Shown piece after piece: positions 1 to 13,040 of a stretch of DNA of 55,989 nucleotides. How positions within the stretch are numbered: position 1 is the stretch's first letter; each line of letters begins with the position of its first letter. This stretch comes from Nemertoderma westbladi (taxonomy: Eukaryota; Animalia; Xenacoelomorpha). Made by a program: the position numbers and the translations under genes. The DNA lies in NCBI GenBank assembly GCA_032718475.1, contig JAUCBJ010008385.1, positions 1-55,989 on the forward strand. The letters run 5' to 3'. Under the pieces are notes generated by a model. The model did not search any database. It saw only the letters and a program-made list of their open reading frames with translations, and was not told the DNA's origin.

Positions 1-3000
1 TCGTGTCTCATTAGATTTAAATTACCCGCCGTTCCCCCAACCTCTCTCACCTAGTATATTATCGTGTCTCATTAGATTTAAATTACCCGCCGTTCCCCCA
101 ACATCTCTCACCTAGTATATTATCGTGTCTCATTAGATTTAAATTACCCGCCGTTCCCCCAACATCTCTCACCTAGTATATTATCGTGTCTCATTAGATT
201 TAAATTACCCGCCGTTCCCCCAACATCTCTCAGTATATTATCGTGTCTCATTAGATTTAAATTACCCGCCGTTCCCCCAACATCTCTCACCTAGTATATT
301 ATCGTGTCTCATTAGATTTAAATTACCCGCCGTTCCCCCAACATCTCTCAGTATATTATCGTGTCTCATTAGATTTAAATTACCCGCCGTTCCCCCAACA
401 TCTCTCACCTAGTATATTATCGTGTCTCATTAGATTTAAATTACCCGCCGTTCCCCCAACATCTCTCAGTATATTATCGTGTCTCATTAGATTTAAATTA
501 CCCGCCGTTCCCCCAACATCTCTCACCTAGTATATTATCGTGTCTCATTAGATTTAAATTACCCGCCGTTCCCCCAACATCTCTCAGTATATTATCGTGT
601 CTCATTAGATTTAAATTACCCGCCGTTCCCCCAACCTCTCTCACCTAGTATATTATCGTGTCTCATTCGATTTAAATTACCCGCCGTTCCCCCAACCTCT
701 CTCACCTATAGTATATTATCGTGTCTCATTCGATTTAAATTACCCGCCGTTCCCCCAACATCTCTCACCTAGTATATTATCGTGTCTCATTAGATTTAAA
801 TTACCCGCCGTTCCCCCAACCTCTCTCACCTAGTATATTATCGTGTCTCATTAGATTTAAATTACCCGCCGTTCCCCCAACATCTCTCACCTAGTATATT
901 ATCGTGTCTCATTCGATTTAAATTACCCGCCGTTCCCCCAACCTCTCTCACCTAGTATATTATCGTGTCTCATTCGATTTAAATTACCCGCCGTTCCCCC
1001 AACATCTCTCACCTAGTATATTATCGTGTCTCATTAGATTTAAATTACCCGCCGTTCCCCCAACATCTCTCACCTAGTATATTATCGTGTCTCATTAGAT
1101 TTAAATTACCCGCCGTTCCCCCAACCTCTCTCACCTAGTATATTATCGTGTCTCATTAGATTTAAATTACCCGCCGTTCCCCCAACATCTCTCAGTATAT
1201 TATCGTGTCTCATTAGATTTAAATTACCCGTCGTTCCCCCAACATCTCTCAGTATATTATCGTGTCTCATTAGATTTAAATTACCCGCCGTTCCCCCAAC
1301 CTCTCTCACCTATAGTATATTATCGTGTCTCATTCGATTTAAATTACCCGCCGTTCCCCCAACATCTCTCACCTAGTATATTATCGTGTCTCATTAGATT
1401 TAAATTACCCGCCGTTCCCCCAACATCTCTCACCTAGTATATTATCGTGTCTCATTAGATTTAAATTACCCGCCGTTCCCCCAACATCTCTCACCTATAG
1501 TATATTATCGTGTCTCATTCGATTTAAATTACCCGCCGTTCCCCCAACATCTCTCACCTAGTATATTATCGTGTCTCATTAGATTTAAATTACCCGCCGT
1601 TCCCCCAACATCTCTCACCTAGTATATTATCGTGTCTCATTAGATTTAAATTACCCGCCGTTCCCCCAACATCTCTCACCTAGTATATTATCGTGTCTCA
1701 TTAGATTTAAATTACCCGCCGTTCCCCCAACCTCTCTCACCTAGTATATTATCGTGTCTCATTAGATTTAAATTACCCGCCGTTCCCCCAACATCTCTCA
1801 GTATATTATCGTGTCTCATTAGATTTAAATTACCCGTCGTTCCCCCAACATCTCTCAGTATATTATCGTGTCTCATTAGATTTAAATTACCCGCCGTTCC
1901 CCCAACATCTCTCAGTATATTATCGTGTCTCATTAGATTTAAATTACCCGTCGTTCCCCCAACATCTCTCAGTATATTATCGTGTCTCATTAGATTTAAA
2001 TTACCCGCCGTTCCCCCAACCTCTCTCACCTAGTATATTATCGTGTCTCATTAGATTTAAATTACCCGCCGTTCCCCCAACATCTCTCAGTATATTATCG
2101 TGTCTCATTAGATTTAAATTACCCGTCGTTCCCCCAACCTCTCTCAGTATATTATCGTGTCTCATTAGATTTAAATTACCCGCCGTTCCCCCAACATCTC
2201 TCACCTAGTATATTATCGTGTCTCATTAGATTTAAATTACCCGCCGTTCCCCCAACATCTCTCACCTAGTATATTATCGTGTCTCATTAGATTTAAATTA
2301 CCCGCCGTTCCCCCAACATCTCTCAGTATATTATCGTGTCTCATTAGATTTAAATTACCCGCCGTTCCCCCAACATCTCTCACCTAGTATATTATCGTGT
2401 CTCATTAGATTTAAATTACCCGCCGTTCCCCCAACATCTCTCAGTATATTATCGTGTCTCATTAGATTTAAATTACCCGCCGTTCCCCCAACATCTCTCA
2501 GTATATTATCGTGTCTCATTAGATTTAAATTACCCGCCGTTCCCCCAACATCTCTCACCTAGTATATTATCGTGTCTCATTAGATTTAAATTACCCGCCG
2601 TTCCCCCAACATCTCTCAGTATATTATCGTGTCTCATTAGATTTAAATTACCCGCCGTTCCCCCAACCTCTCTCACCTAGTATATTATCGTGTCTCATTA
2701 GATTTAAATTACCCGCCGTTCCCCCAACATCTCTCACCTAGTATATTATCGTGTCTCATTAGATTTAAATTACCCGCCGTTCCCCCAACATCTCTCAGTA
2801 TATTATCGTGTCTCATTAGATTTAAATTACCCGTCGTTCCCCCAACATCTCTCAGTATATTATCGTGTCTCATTAGATTTAAATTACCCGCCGTTCCCCC
2901 AACCTCTCTCACCTAGTATATTATCGTGTCTCATTAGATTTAAATTACCCGCCGTTCCCCCAACATCTCTCACCTAGTATATTATCGTGTCTCATTAGAT

Positions 3001-6000
3001 TTAAATTACCCGCCGTTCCCCCAACATCTCTCCCAGTATATTATCGTGTCTCATTAGATTTAAATTACCCGCCGTTCCCCCAACATCTCTCAGTATATTA
3101 TCGTGTCTCATTAGATTTAAATTACCCGCCGTTCCCCCAACATCTCTCACCTAGTATATTATCGTGTCTCATTAGATTTAAATTACCCGCCGTTCCCCCA
3201 ACATCTCTCAGTATATTATCGTGTCTCATTAGATTTAAATTACCCGCCGTTCCCCCAACATCTCTCACCTAGTATATTATCGTGTCTCATTAGATTTAAA
3301 TTACCCGCCGTTCCCCCAACATCTCTCAGTATATTATCGTGTCTCATTAGATTTAAATTACCCGCCGTTCCCCCAACATCTCTCACCTAGTATATTATCG
3401 TGTCTCATTAGATTTAAATTACCCGCCGTTCCCCCAACATCTCTCAGTATATTATCGTGTCTCATTAGATTTAAATTACCCGCCGTTCCCCCAACCTCTC
3501 TCACCTAGTATATTATCGTGTCTCATTCGATTTAAATTACCCGCCGTTCCCCCAACCTCTCTCACCTATAGTATATTATCGTGTCTCATTCGATTTAAAT
3601 TACCCGCCGTTCCCCCAACATCTCTCACCTAGTATATTATCGTGTCTCATTAGATTTAAATTACCCGCCGTTCCCCCAACCTCTCTCACCTAGTATATTA
3701 TCGTGTCTCATTAGATTTAAATTACCCGCCGTTCCCCCAACATCTCTCACCTAGTATATTATCGTGACTCATTCGATTTAAATTACCCGCCGTTCCCCCA
3801 ACCTCTCTCACCTAGTATATTATCGTGTCTCATTCGATTTAAATTACCCGCCGTTCCCCCAACATCTCTCACCTAGTATATTATCGTGTCTCATTAGATT
3901 TAAATTACCCGCCGTTCCCCCAACATCTCTCACCTAGTATATTATCGTGTCTCATTAGATTTAAATTACCCGCCGTTCCCCCAACCTCTCTCACCTAGTA
4001 TATTATCGTGTCTCATTAGATTTAAATTACCCGCCGTTCCCCCAACATCTCTCAGTATATTATCGTGTCTCATTAGATTTAAATTACCCGTCGTTCCCCC
4101 AACATCTCTCAGTATATTATCGTGTCTCATTAGATTTAAATTACCCGCCGTTCCCCCAACCTCTCTCACCTATAGTATATTATCGTGTCTCATTCGATTT
4201 AAATTACCCGCCGTTCCCCCAACATCTCTCACCTAGTATATTATCGTGTCTCATTAGATTTAAATTACCCGCCGTTCCCCCAACATCTCTCACCTAGTAT
4301 ATTATCGTGTCTCATTAGATTTAAATTACCCGCCGTTCCCCCAACATCTCTCACCTATAGTATATTATCGTGTCTCATTCGATTTAAATTACCCGCCGTT
4401 CCCCCAACATCTCTCACCTAGTATATTATCGTGTCTCATTAGATTTAAATTACCCGCCGTTCCCCCAACATCTCTCACCTAGTATATTATCGTGTCTCAT
4501 TAGATTTAAATTACCCGCCGTTCCCCCAACATCTCTCACCTAGTATATTATCGTGTCTCATTAGATTTAAATTACCCGCCGTTCCCCCAACCTCTCCCAC
4601 CTAGTATATTATCGTGTCTCATTAGATTTAAATTACCCGCCGTTCCCCCAACATCTCTCAGTATATTATCGTGTCTCATTAGATTTAAATTACCCGTCGT
4701 TCCCCCAACATCTCTCAGTATATTATCGTGTCTCATTAGATTTAAATTACCCGCCGTTCCCCCAACATCTCTCACCTAGTATATTATCGTGTCTCATTAG
4801 ATTTAAATTACCCGTCGTTCCCCCAACATCTCTCAGTATATTATCGTGTCTCATTAGATTTAAATTACCCGTCGTTCCCCCAACATCTCTCAGTATATTA
4901 TCGTGTCTCATTAGATTTAAATTACCCGCCGTTCCCCCAACCTCTCTCACCTAGTATATTATCGTGTCTCATTAGATTTAAATTACCCGCCGTTCCCCCA
5001 ACATCTCTCAGTATATTATAGTGTCTCATTAGATTTAAATTACCCGTCGTTCCCCCAACCTCTCTCAGTATATTATCGTGTCTCATTAGATTTAAATTAC
5101 CCGCCGTTCCCCCAACCTCTCTCACCTAGTATATTATCGTGTCTCATTAGATTTAAATTACCCGCCGTTCCCCCCAACCTCTCTCACCTAGTATATTATC
5201 GTGTCTCATTAGATTTAAATTACCCGCCGTTCCCCCAACCTCTCTCACCTAGTATATTATATTATCGTGTCTCATTAGATTTAAATTACCCGCCGTTCCC
5301 CCAACCTCTCTCACCTATAGTATATTATCGTGTCTCATTCGATTTAAATTACCCGCCGTTCCCCCAACATCTCTCAGTATATTATCGTGTCTCATTAGAT
5401 TTAAATTACCCGCAGTTCCCCCAACATCTCTCAGTATATTATCGTGTCTCATTAGATTTAAATTACCCGCCGTTCCCCCAACATCTCTCACCTAGTATAT
5501 TATCGTGTCTCATTAGATTTAAATTACCCGCCGTTCCCCCAACATCTCTCAGTATATTATCGTGTCTCATTAGATTTAAATTACCCGCCGTTCCCCCAAC
5601 CTCTCTCACCTATAGTATATTATCGTGTCTCATTCGATTTAAATTACCCGTCGTTCCCCCAACATCTCTCAGTATATTATCGTGTCTCATTAGATTTAAA
5701 TTACCCGCCGTTCCCCCAACATCTCTCACCTAGTATATTATCGTGTCTCATTCGATTTAAATTACCCGCCGTTCCCCCAACATCTCTCAGTATATTATCG
5801 TGTCTCATTAGATTTAAATTACCCGTCGTTCCCCCAACATCTCTCAGTATATTATCGTGTCTCATTAGATTTAAATTACCCGCCGTTCCCCCAACCTCTC
5901 TCACCTATAGTATATTATCGTGTCTCATTCGATTTAAATTACCCGCCGTTCCCCCAACATCTCTCACCTAGTATATTATCGTGTCTCATTAGATTTAAAT

Positions 6001-9000
6001 TACCCGCCGTTCCCCCAACATCTCTCACCTAGTATATTATCGTGTCTCATTAGATTTAAATTACCCGCCGTTCCCCCAACCTCTCTCACCTAGTATATTA
6101 TCGTGTCTCATTAGATTTAAATTACCCGCTGTTCCCCCAACATCTCTCACCTAGTATATTATCGTGTCTCATTAGATTTAAATTACCCGCCGTTCCCCCA
6201 ACCTCTCTCACCTAGTATATTATCGTGTCTCATTCGATTTAAATTACCCGCCGTTCCCCCAACATCTCTCACCTAGTATATTATCGTGTCTCATTAGATT
6301 TAAATTACCCGCCGTTCCCCCAACCTCTCTCACCTAGTATATTATCGTGTCTCATTAGATTTAAATTACCCGTCGTTCCCCCAACATCTCTCAGTATATT
6401 ATCGTGTCTCATTAGATTTAAATTACCCGCCGTTCCCCCAACCTCTCTCACCTATAGTATATTATCGTGTCTCATTCGATTTAAATTACCCGCCGTTCCC
6501 CCAACATCTCTCACCTAGTATATTATCGTGTCTCATTAGATTTAAATTACCCGCCGTTCCCCCAACATCTCTCACCTAGTATATTATCGTGTCTCATTAG
6601 ATTTAAATTACCCGCCGTTCCCCCAACCTCTCTCACCTAGTATATTATCGTGTCTCATTAGATTTAAATTACCCGCTGTTCCCCCAACATCTCTCACCTA
6701 GTATATTATCGTGTCTCATTAGATTTAAATTACCCGCCGTTCCCCCAACCTCTCTCACCTAGTATATTATCGTGTCTCATTCGATTTAAATTACCCGCCG
6801 TTCCCCCAACATCTCTCACCTAGTATATTATCGTGTCTCATTAGATTTAAATTACCCGCCGTTCCCCCAACCTCTCTCACCTAGTATATTATCGTGTCTC
6901 ATTAGATTTAAATTACCCGCTGTTCCCCCAACCTCTCTCACCTAGTATATTATCGTGTCTCATTAGATTTAAATTACCCGTCGTTCCCCCAACATCTCTC
7001 AGTATATTATCGTGTCTCATTAGATTTAAATTACCCGCCGTTCCCCCAACATCTCTCAGTATATTATCGTGTCTCATTAGATTTAAATTACCCGTCGTTC
7101 CCCCAACATCTCTCAGTATATTATCGTGTCTCATTAGATTTAAATTACCCGCCGTTCCCCCAACATCTCTCAGTATATTATCGTGTCTCATTAGATTTAA
7201 ATTACCCGCCGTTCCCCCAACATCTCTCAGTATATTATCGTGTCTCATTAGATTTAAATTACCCGCCGTTCCCCCAACCTCTCTCACCTAGTATATTATC
7301 GTGTCTCATTAGATTTAAATTACCCGCCGTTCCCCCAACATCTCTCAGTATATTATAGTGTCTCATTAGATTTAAATTACCCGCCGTTCCCCCAACCTCT
7401 CTCACCTATAGTATATTATCGTGTCTCATTCGATTTAAATTACCCGCCGTTCCCCCAACATCTCTCACCTAGTATATTATCGTGTCTCATTAGATTTAAA
7501 TTACCCGCCGTTCCCCCAACATCTCTCACCTAGTATATTATCGTGTCTCATTAGATTTAAATTACCCGCCGTTCCCCCAACATCTCTCACCTATAGTATA
7601 TTATCGTGTCTCATTCGATTTAAATTACCCGCCGTTCCCCCAACATCTCTCACCTAGTATATTATCGTGTCTCATTAGATTTAAATTACCCGCCGTTCCC
7701 CCAACATCTCTCACCTAGTATATTATCGTGTCTCATTAGATTTAAATTACCCGCCGTTCCCCCAACATCTCTCACCTAGTATATTATCGTGTCTCATTAG
7801 ATTTAAATTACCCGCCGTTCCCCCAACCTCTCCCACCTAGTATATTATCGTGTCTCATTAGATTTAAATTACCCGCCGTTCCCCCAACATCTCTCAGTAT
7901 ATTATCGTGTCTCATTAGATTTAAATTACCCGTCGTTCCCCCAACATCTCTCAGTATATTATCGTGTCTCATTAGATTTAAATTACCCGCCGTTCCCCCA
8001 ACATCTCTCACCTAGTATATTATCGTGTCTCATTAGATTTAAATTACCCGTCGTTCCCCCAACATCTCTCAGTATATTATCGTGTCTCATTAGATTTAAA
8101 TTACCCGTCGTTCCCCCAACATCTCTCAGTATATTATCGTGTCTCATTAGATTTAAATTACCCGCCGTTCCCCCAACCTCTCTCACCTAGTATATTATCG
8201 TGTCTCATTAGATTTAAATTACCCGCCGTTCCCCCAACATCTCTCAGTATATTATAGTGTCTCATTAGATTTAAATTACCCGTCGTTCCCCCAACCTCTC
8301 TCAGTATATTATCGTGTCTCATTAGATTTAAATTACCCGCCGTTCCCCCAACCTCTCTCACCTAGTATATTATCGTGTCTCATTAGATTTAAATTACCCG
8401 CCGTTCCCCCCAACCTCTCTCACCTAGTATATTATCGTGTCTCATTAGATTTAAATTACCCGCCGTTCCCCCAACCTCTCTCACCTAGTATATTATATTA
8501 TCGTGTCTCATTAGATTTAAATTACCCGCCGTTCCCCCAACCTCTCTCACCTATAGTATATTATCGTGTCTCATTCGATTTAAATTACCCGCCGTTCCCC
8601 CAACATCTCTCAGTATATTATCGTGTCTCATTAGATTTAAATTACCCGCAGTTCCCCCAACATCTCTCAGTATATTATCGTGTCTCATTAGATTTAAATT
8701 ACCCGCCGTTCCCCCAACATCTCTCACCTAGTATATTATCGTGTCTCATTAGATTTAAATTACCCGCCGTTCCCCCAACATCTCTCAGTATATTATCGTG
8801 TCTCATTAGATTTAAATTACCCGCCGTTCCCCCAACCTCTCTCACCTATAGTATATTATCGTGTCTCATTCGATTTAAATTACCCGTCGTTCCCCCAACA
8901 TCTCTCAGTATATTATCGTGTCTCATTAGATTTAAATTACCCGCCGTTCCCCCAACATCTCTCACCTAGTATATTATCGTGTCTCATTCGATTTAAATTA

Positions 9001-12000
9001 CCCGCCGTTCCCCCAACATCTCTCAGTATATTATCGTGTCTCATTAGATTTAAATTACCCGTCGTTCCCCCAACATCTCTCAGTATATTATCGTGTCTCA
9101 TTAGATTTAAATTACCCGCCGTTCCCCCAACCTCTCTCACCTATAGTATATTATCGTGTCTCATTCGATTTAAATTACCCGCCGTTCCCCCAACATCTCT
9201 CACCTAGTATATTATCGTGTCTCATTAGATTTAAATTACCCGCCGTTCCCCCAACATCTCTCACCTAGTATATTATCGTGTCTCATTAGATTTAAATTAC
9301 CCGCCGTTCCCCCAACCTCTCTCACCTAGTATATTATCGTGTCTCATTAGATTTAAATTACCCGCTGTTCCCCCAACATCTCTCACCTAGTATATTATCG
9401 TGTCTCATTAGATTTAAATTACCCGCCGTTCCCCCAACCTCTCTCACCTAGTATATTATCGTGTCTCATTCGATTTAAATTACCCGCCGTTCCCCCAACA
9501 TCTCTCACCTAGTATATTATCGTGTCTCATTAGATTTAAATTACCCGCCGTTCCCCCAACCTCTCTCACCTAGTATATTATCGTGTCTCATTAGATTTAA
9601 ATTACCCGTCGTTCCCCCAACATCTCTCAGTATATTATCGTGTCTCATTAGATTTAAATTACCCGCCGTTCCCCCAACCTCTCTCACCTATAGTATATTA
9701 TCGTGTCTCATTCGATTTAAATTACCCGCCGTTCCCCCAACATCTCTCACCTAGTATATTATCGTGTCTCATTAGATTTAAATTACCCGCCGTTCCCCCA
9801 ACATCTCTCACCTAGTATATTATCGTGTCTCATTAGATTTAAATTACCCGCCGTTCCCCCAACCTCTCTCACCTAGTATATTATCGTGTCTCATTAGATT
9901 TAAATTACCCGCTGTTCCCCCAACATCTCTCACCTAGTATATTATCGTGTCTCATTAGATTTAAATTACCCGCCGTTCCCCCAACCTCTCTCACCTAGTA
10001 TATTATCGTGTCTCATTCGATTTAAATTACCCGCCGTTCCCCCAACATCTCTCACCTAGTATATTATCGTGTCTCATTAGATTTAAATTACCCGCCGTTC
10101 CCCCAACCTCTCTCACCTAGTATATTATCGTGTCTCATTAGATTTAAATTACCCGCTGTTCCCCCAACCTCTCTCACCTAGTATATTATCGTGTCTCATT
10201 AGATTTAAATTACCCGTCGTTCCCCCAACATCTCTCAGTATATTATCGTGTCTCATTAGATTTAAATTACCCGCCGTTCCCCCAACATCTCTCAGTATAT
10301 TATCGTGTCTCATTAGATTTAAATTACCCGTCGTTCCCCCAACATCTCTCAGTATATTATCGTGTCTCATTAGATTTAAATTACCCGCCGTTCCCCCAAC
10401 ATCTCTCAGTATATTATCGTGTCTCATTAGATTTAAATTACCCGCCGTTCCCCCAACATCTCTCAGTATATTATCGTGTCTCATTAGATTTAAATTACCC
10501 GTCGTTCCCCCAACATCTCTCAGTATATTATCGTGTCTCATTAGATTTAAATTACCCGCCGTTCCCCCAACCTCTCTCACCTATAGTATATTATCGTGTC
10601 TCATTCGATTTAAATTACCCGCCGTTCCCCCAACATCTCTCACCTAGTATATTATCGTGTCTCATTAGATTTAAATTACCCGCCGTTTCCCCAACATCTC
10701 TCACCTAGTATATTATCGTGTCTCATTAGATTTAAATTACCCGCCGTTCCCCCAACATCTCTCACCTAGTATATTATCGTGTCTCATTAGATTTAAATTA
10801 CCCGCCGTTCCCCCAACATCTCTCACCTAGTATATTATCGTGTCTCATTAGATTTAAATTACCCGCCGTTCCCCCAACATCTCTCACCTAGTATATTATC
10901 GTGTCTCATTAGATTTAAATTACCCGCCGTTCCCCCAACCTCTCTCACCTATAGTATATTATCGTGTCTCATTAGATTTAAATTACCCGCCGTTCCCCCA
11001 ACCTCTCTCACCTAGTATATTATCGTGTCTCATTAGATTTAAATTACCCGCCGTTCCCCCAACATCTCTCAGTATATTATCGTGTCTCATTAGATTTAAA
11101 TTACCCGTCGTTCCCCCAACATCTCTCAGTATATTATCGTGTCTCATTAGATTTAAATTACCCGCCGTTCCCCCAACATCTCTCACCTAGTATATTATCG
11201 TGTCTCATTAGATTTAAATTACCCGCCGTTCCCCCAACCTCTCTCACCTAGTATATTATCGTGTCTCATTCGATTTAAATTACCCGCCGTACCCCCAACC
11301 TCTCTCACCTATAGTATATTATCGTGTCTCATTCGATTTAAATTACCCGCCGTTCCCCCAACATCTCTCACCTAGTATATTATCGTGTCTCATTAGATTT
11401 AAATTACCCGCCGTTCCCCCAACCTCTCTCACCTAGTATATTATCGTGTCTCATTAGATTTAAATTACCCGCCGTTCCCCCAACCTCTCTCACCTAGTAT
11501 ATTATCGTGTCTCATTAGATTTAAATTACCCGCCGTTCCCCCAACCTCTCTCACCTAGTATATTATCGTGTCTCATTAGATTTAAATTACCCGCCGTTCC
11601 CCCAACCTCTCTCACCTAGTATATTATCGTGTCTCATTAGATTTAAATTACCCGCCGTTCCCCCAACCTCTCTCACCTAGTATATTATCGTGTCTCATTA
11701 GATTTAAATTACCCGCCGTTCCCCCAACATCTCTCAGTATATTATCGTGTCTCATTAGATTTAAATTACCCGTCGTTCCCCCAACATCTCTCAGTATATT
11801 ATCGTGTCTCATTAGATTTAAATTACCCGCCGTTCCCCCAACCTCTCTCACCTATAGTATATTATCGTGTCTCATTAGATTTAAATTACCCGCCGTTCCC
11901 CCAACATCTCTCAGTATATTATCGTGTCTCATTAGATTTAAATTACCCGCCGTTCCCCCAACCTCTCTCACCTAGTATATTATCGTGTCTCATTAGATTT

Positions 12001-12277
12001 AAATTACCCGCCGTTCCCCCAACATCTCTCACCTAGTATATTATCGTGTCTCATTAGATTTAAATTACCCGCCGTTCCCCCAACATCTCTCAGTATATTA
12101 TCGTGTCTCATTAGATTTAAATTACCCGCCGTTCCCCCAACATCTCTCACCTAGTATATTATCGTGTCTCATTAGATTTAAATTACCCGCCGTTCCCCCA
12201 ACATCTCTCAGTATATTATCGTGTACCCGCCGTTTCCCCAACATCTCTCACCTAGTATATTATCGTGTCTCATTAGA
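1..12277. repeat. Intronic tandem array of 57/61/63-bp units (about 200 copies) derived from the BMP receptor exon end plus splice donor; runs off the left edge of the window
   Basis: 61-bp unit tcgtgtctcattagatttaaattacccgccgttcccccaacatctctcacctagtatatta. The 57-bp variant lacks 4 nt (ctctca|gtat) and the 63-bp variant reads cacctatagtat. The last 26 nt of the exon at 12252-12277 are identical to part of the unit. Confidence 0.97.
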
Positions 12278-12444
12278 ACGGTCTGGTAGATTTCCGTCTC
12301 CCTAAACCAGGAAGCCTCGTCCGTTGTTACGAATATCTTTACGGCTACGGGTTCAATCCCCCACCGACCCTTCCAGACCTCTCCATAACGGCCCCGACCC
12401 ACTTGTGTCTCCAACGTTATCTGTTTGGCTATGGTCCGTTGCAC
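12252..12444 (-). CDS. BMPR1: BMP type I receptor (ALK3/6, thickveins-like): kinase N-lobe exon
   Basis: Translates [64 protein letters not shown](G). QRTIAKQI and [18 protein letters not shown] are ALK3/6-type. Acceptor AG at 12445-12446, donor AG|GTGAGA with GT at 12250-12251; 193 nt, phase 0 to 1. The rest of the kinase must lie left of the window. Confidence 0.95.
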
Positions 12445-12800
12445 CTTTGGAATAGAATATTATTAAATGATTAGTTTATTAAGTTTAAAACAAATCGATA
12501 TATTCTTTATGCACTACTTAGTGCGTTCATTACAACATTACAGCCAATTAGATATATAAAGGCAGCTTTTACGTCGTCGTTTTCAAATCACAAACAAACG
12601 AGATGTAATTGAAAATAAATAGAAAAATACAAGGGTGACAAATCATCTCCATATTTCAATACATTTGAACATGGGAACATATTATTAATGTTTTCTGATA
12701 TGAAAAACTCGCGAAATTTGCTTTGCGAAAAATACTAGACAACATGACTCAATGAGTTTTGAGAAATTTTTTGAATAATAAACAAATTAAAAAAACTAAC

Positions 12801-12945
12801 CAATAACGGTAACCCGCTCCCAGAACCACTGCTCTGGGAACCTGTAATCATATCCTGTAAGGTTTCTCTCTCAGGAAGTATAGCTAGAGCACTGGAGCCC
12901 TTTAGACTATGGAGGTGCTTCTTCTTTATAGACATCCGTCTCCAT
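12801..12945 (-). CDS. BMPR1: BMP type I receptor: juxtamembrane/GS-box exon
   Basis: (R)WRRMSIKKKHLHSLKGSSALAILPERETLQDMITGSQSSGSGSGLPLL contains the GS box SGSGSGLPLL. Acceptor TAG|A, donor TTG|GTTAGT; 145 nt, phase 2 to 0; joins VQRT in frame. Confidence 0.93.
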
Positions 12946-13040
12946 CTATCGGTATAAAATAAATAATATTTACATTTCTGATAAAATTAACCGACGTTGG
13001 CGTAATACAGAAGGCAGTAAGGCACAATAAATCCATCAAA

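Noticed and set aside
1106-11851. Many 67-143-aa ORFs ([14 protein letters not shown] repeats)
   Set aside because: They are runs of the 57-bp (19-codon) satellite variant with GTG pseudo-starts; the kinase-like words come from the copied exon end.
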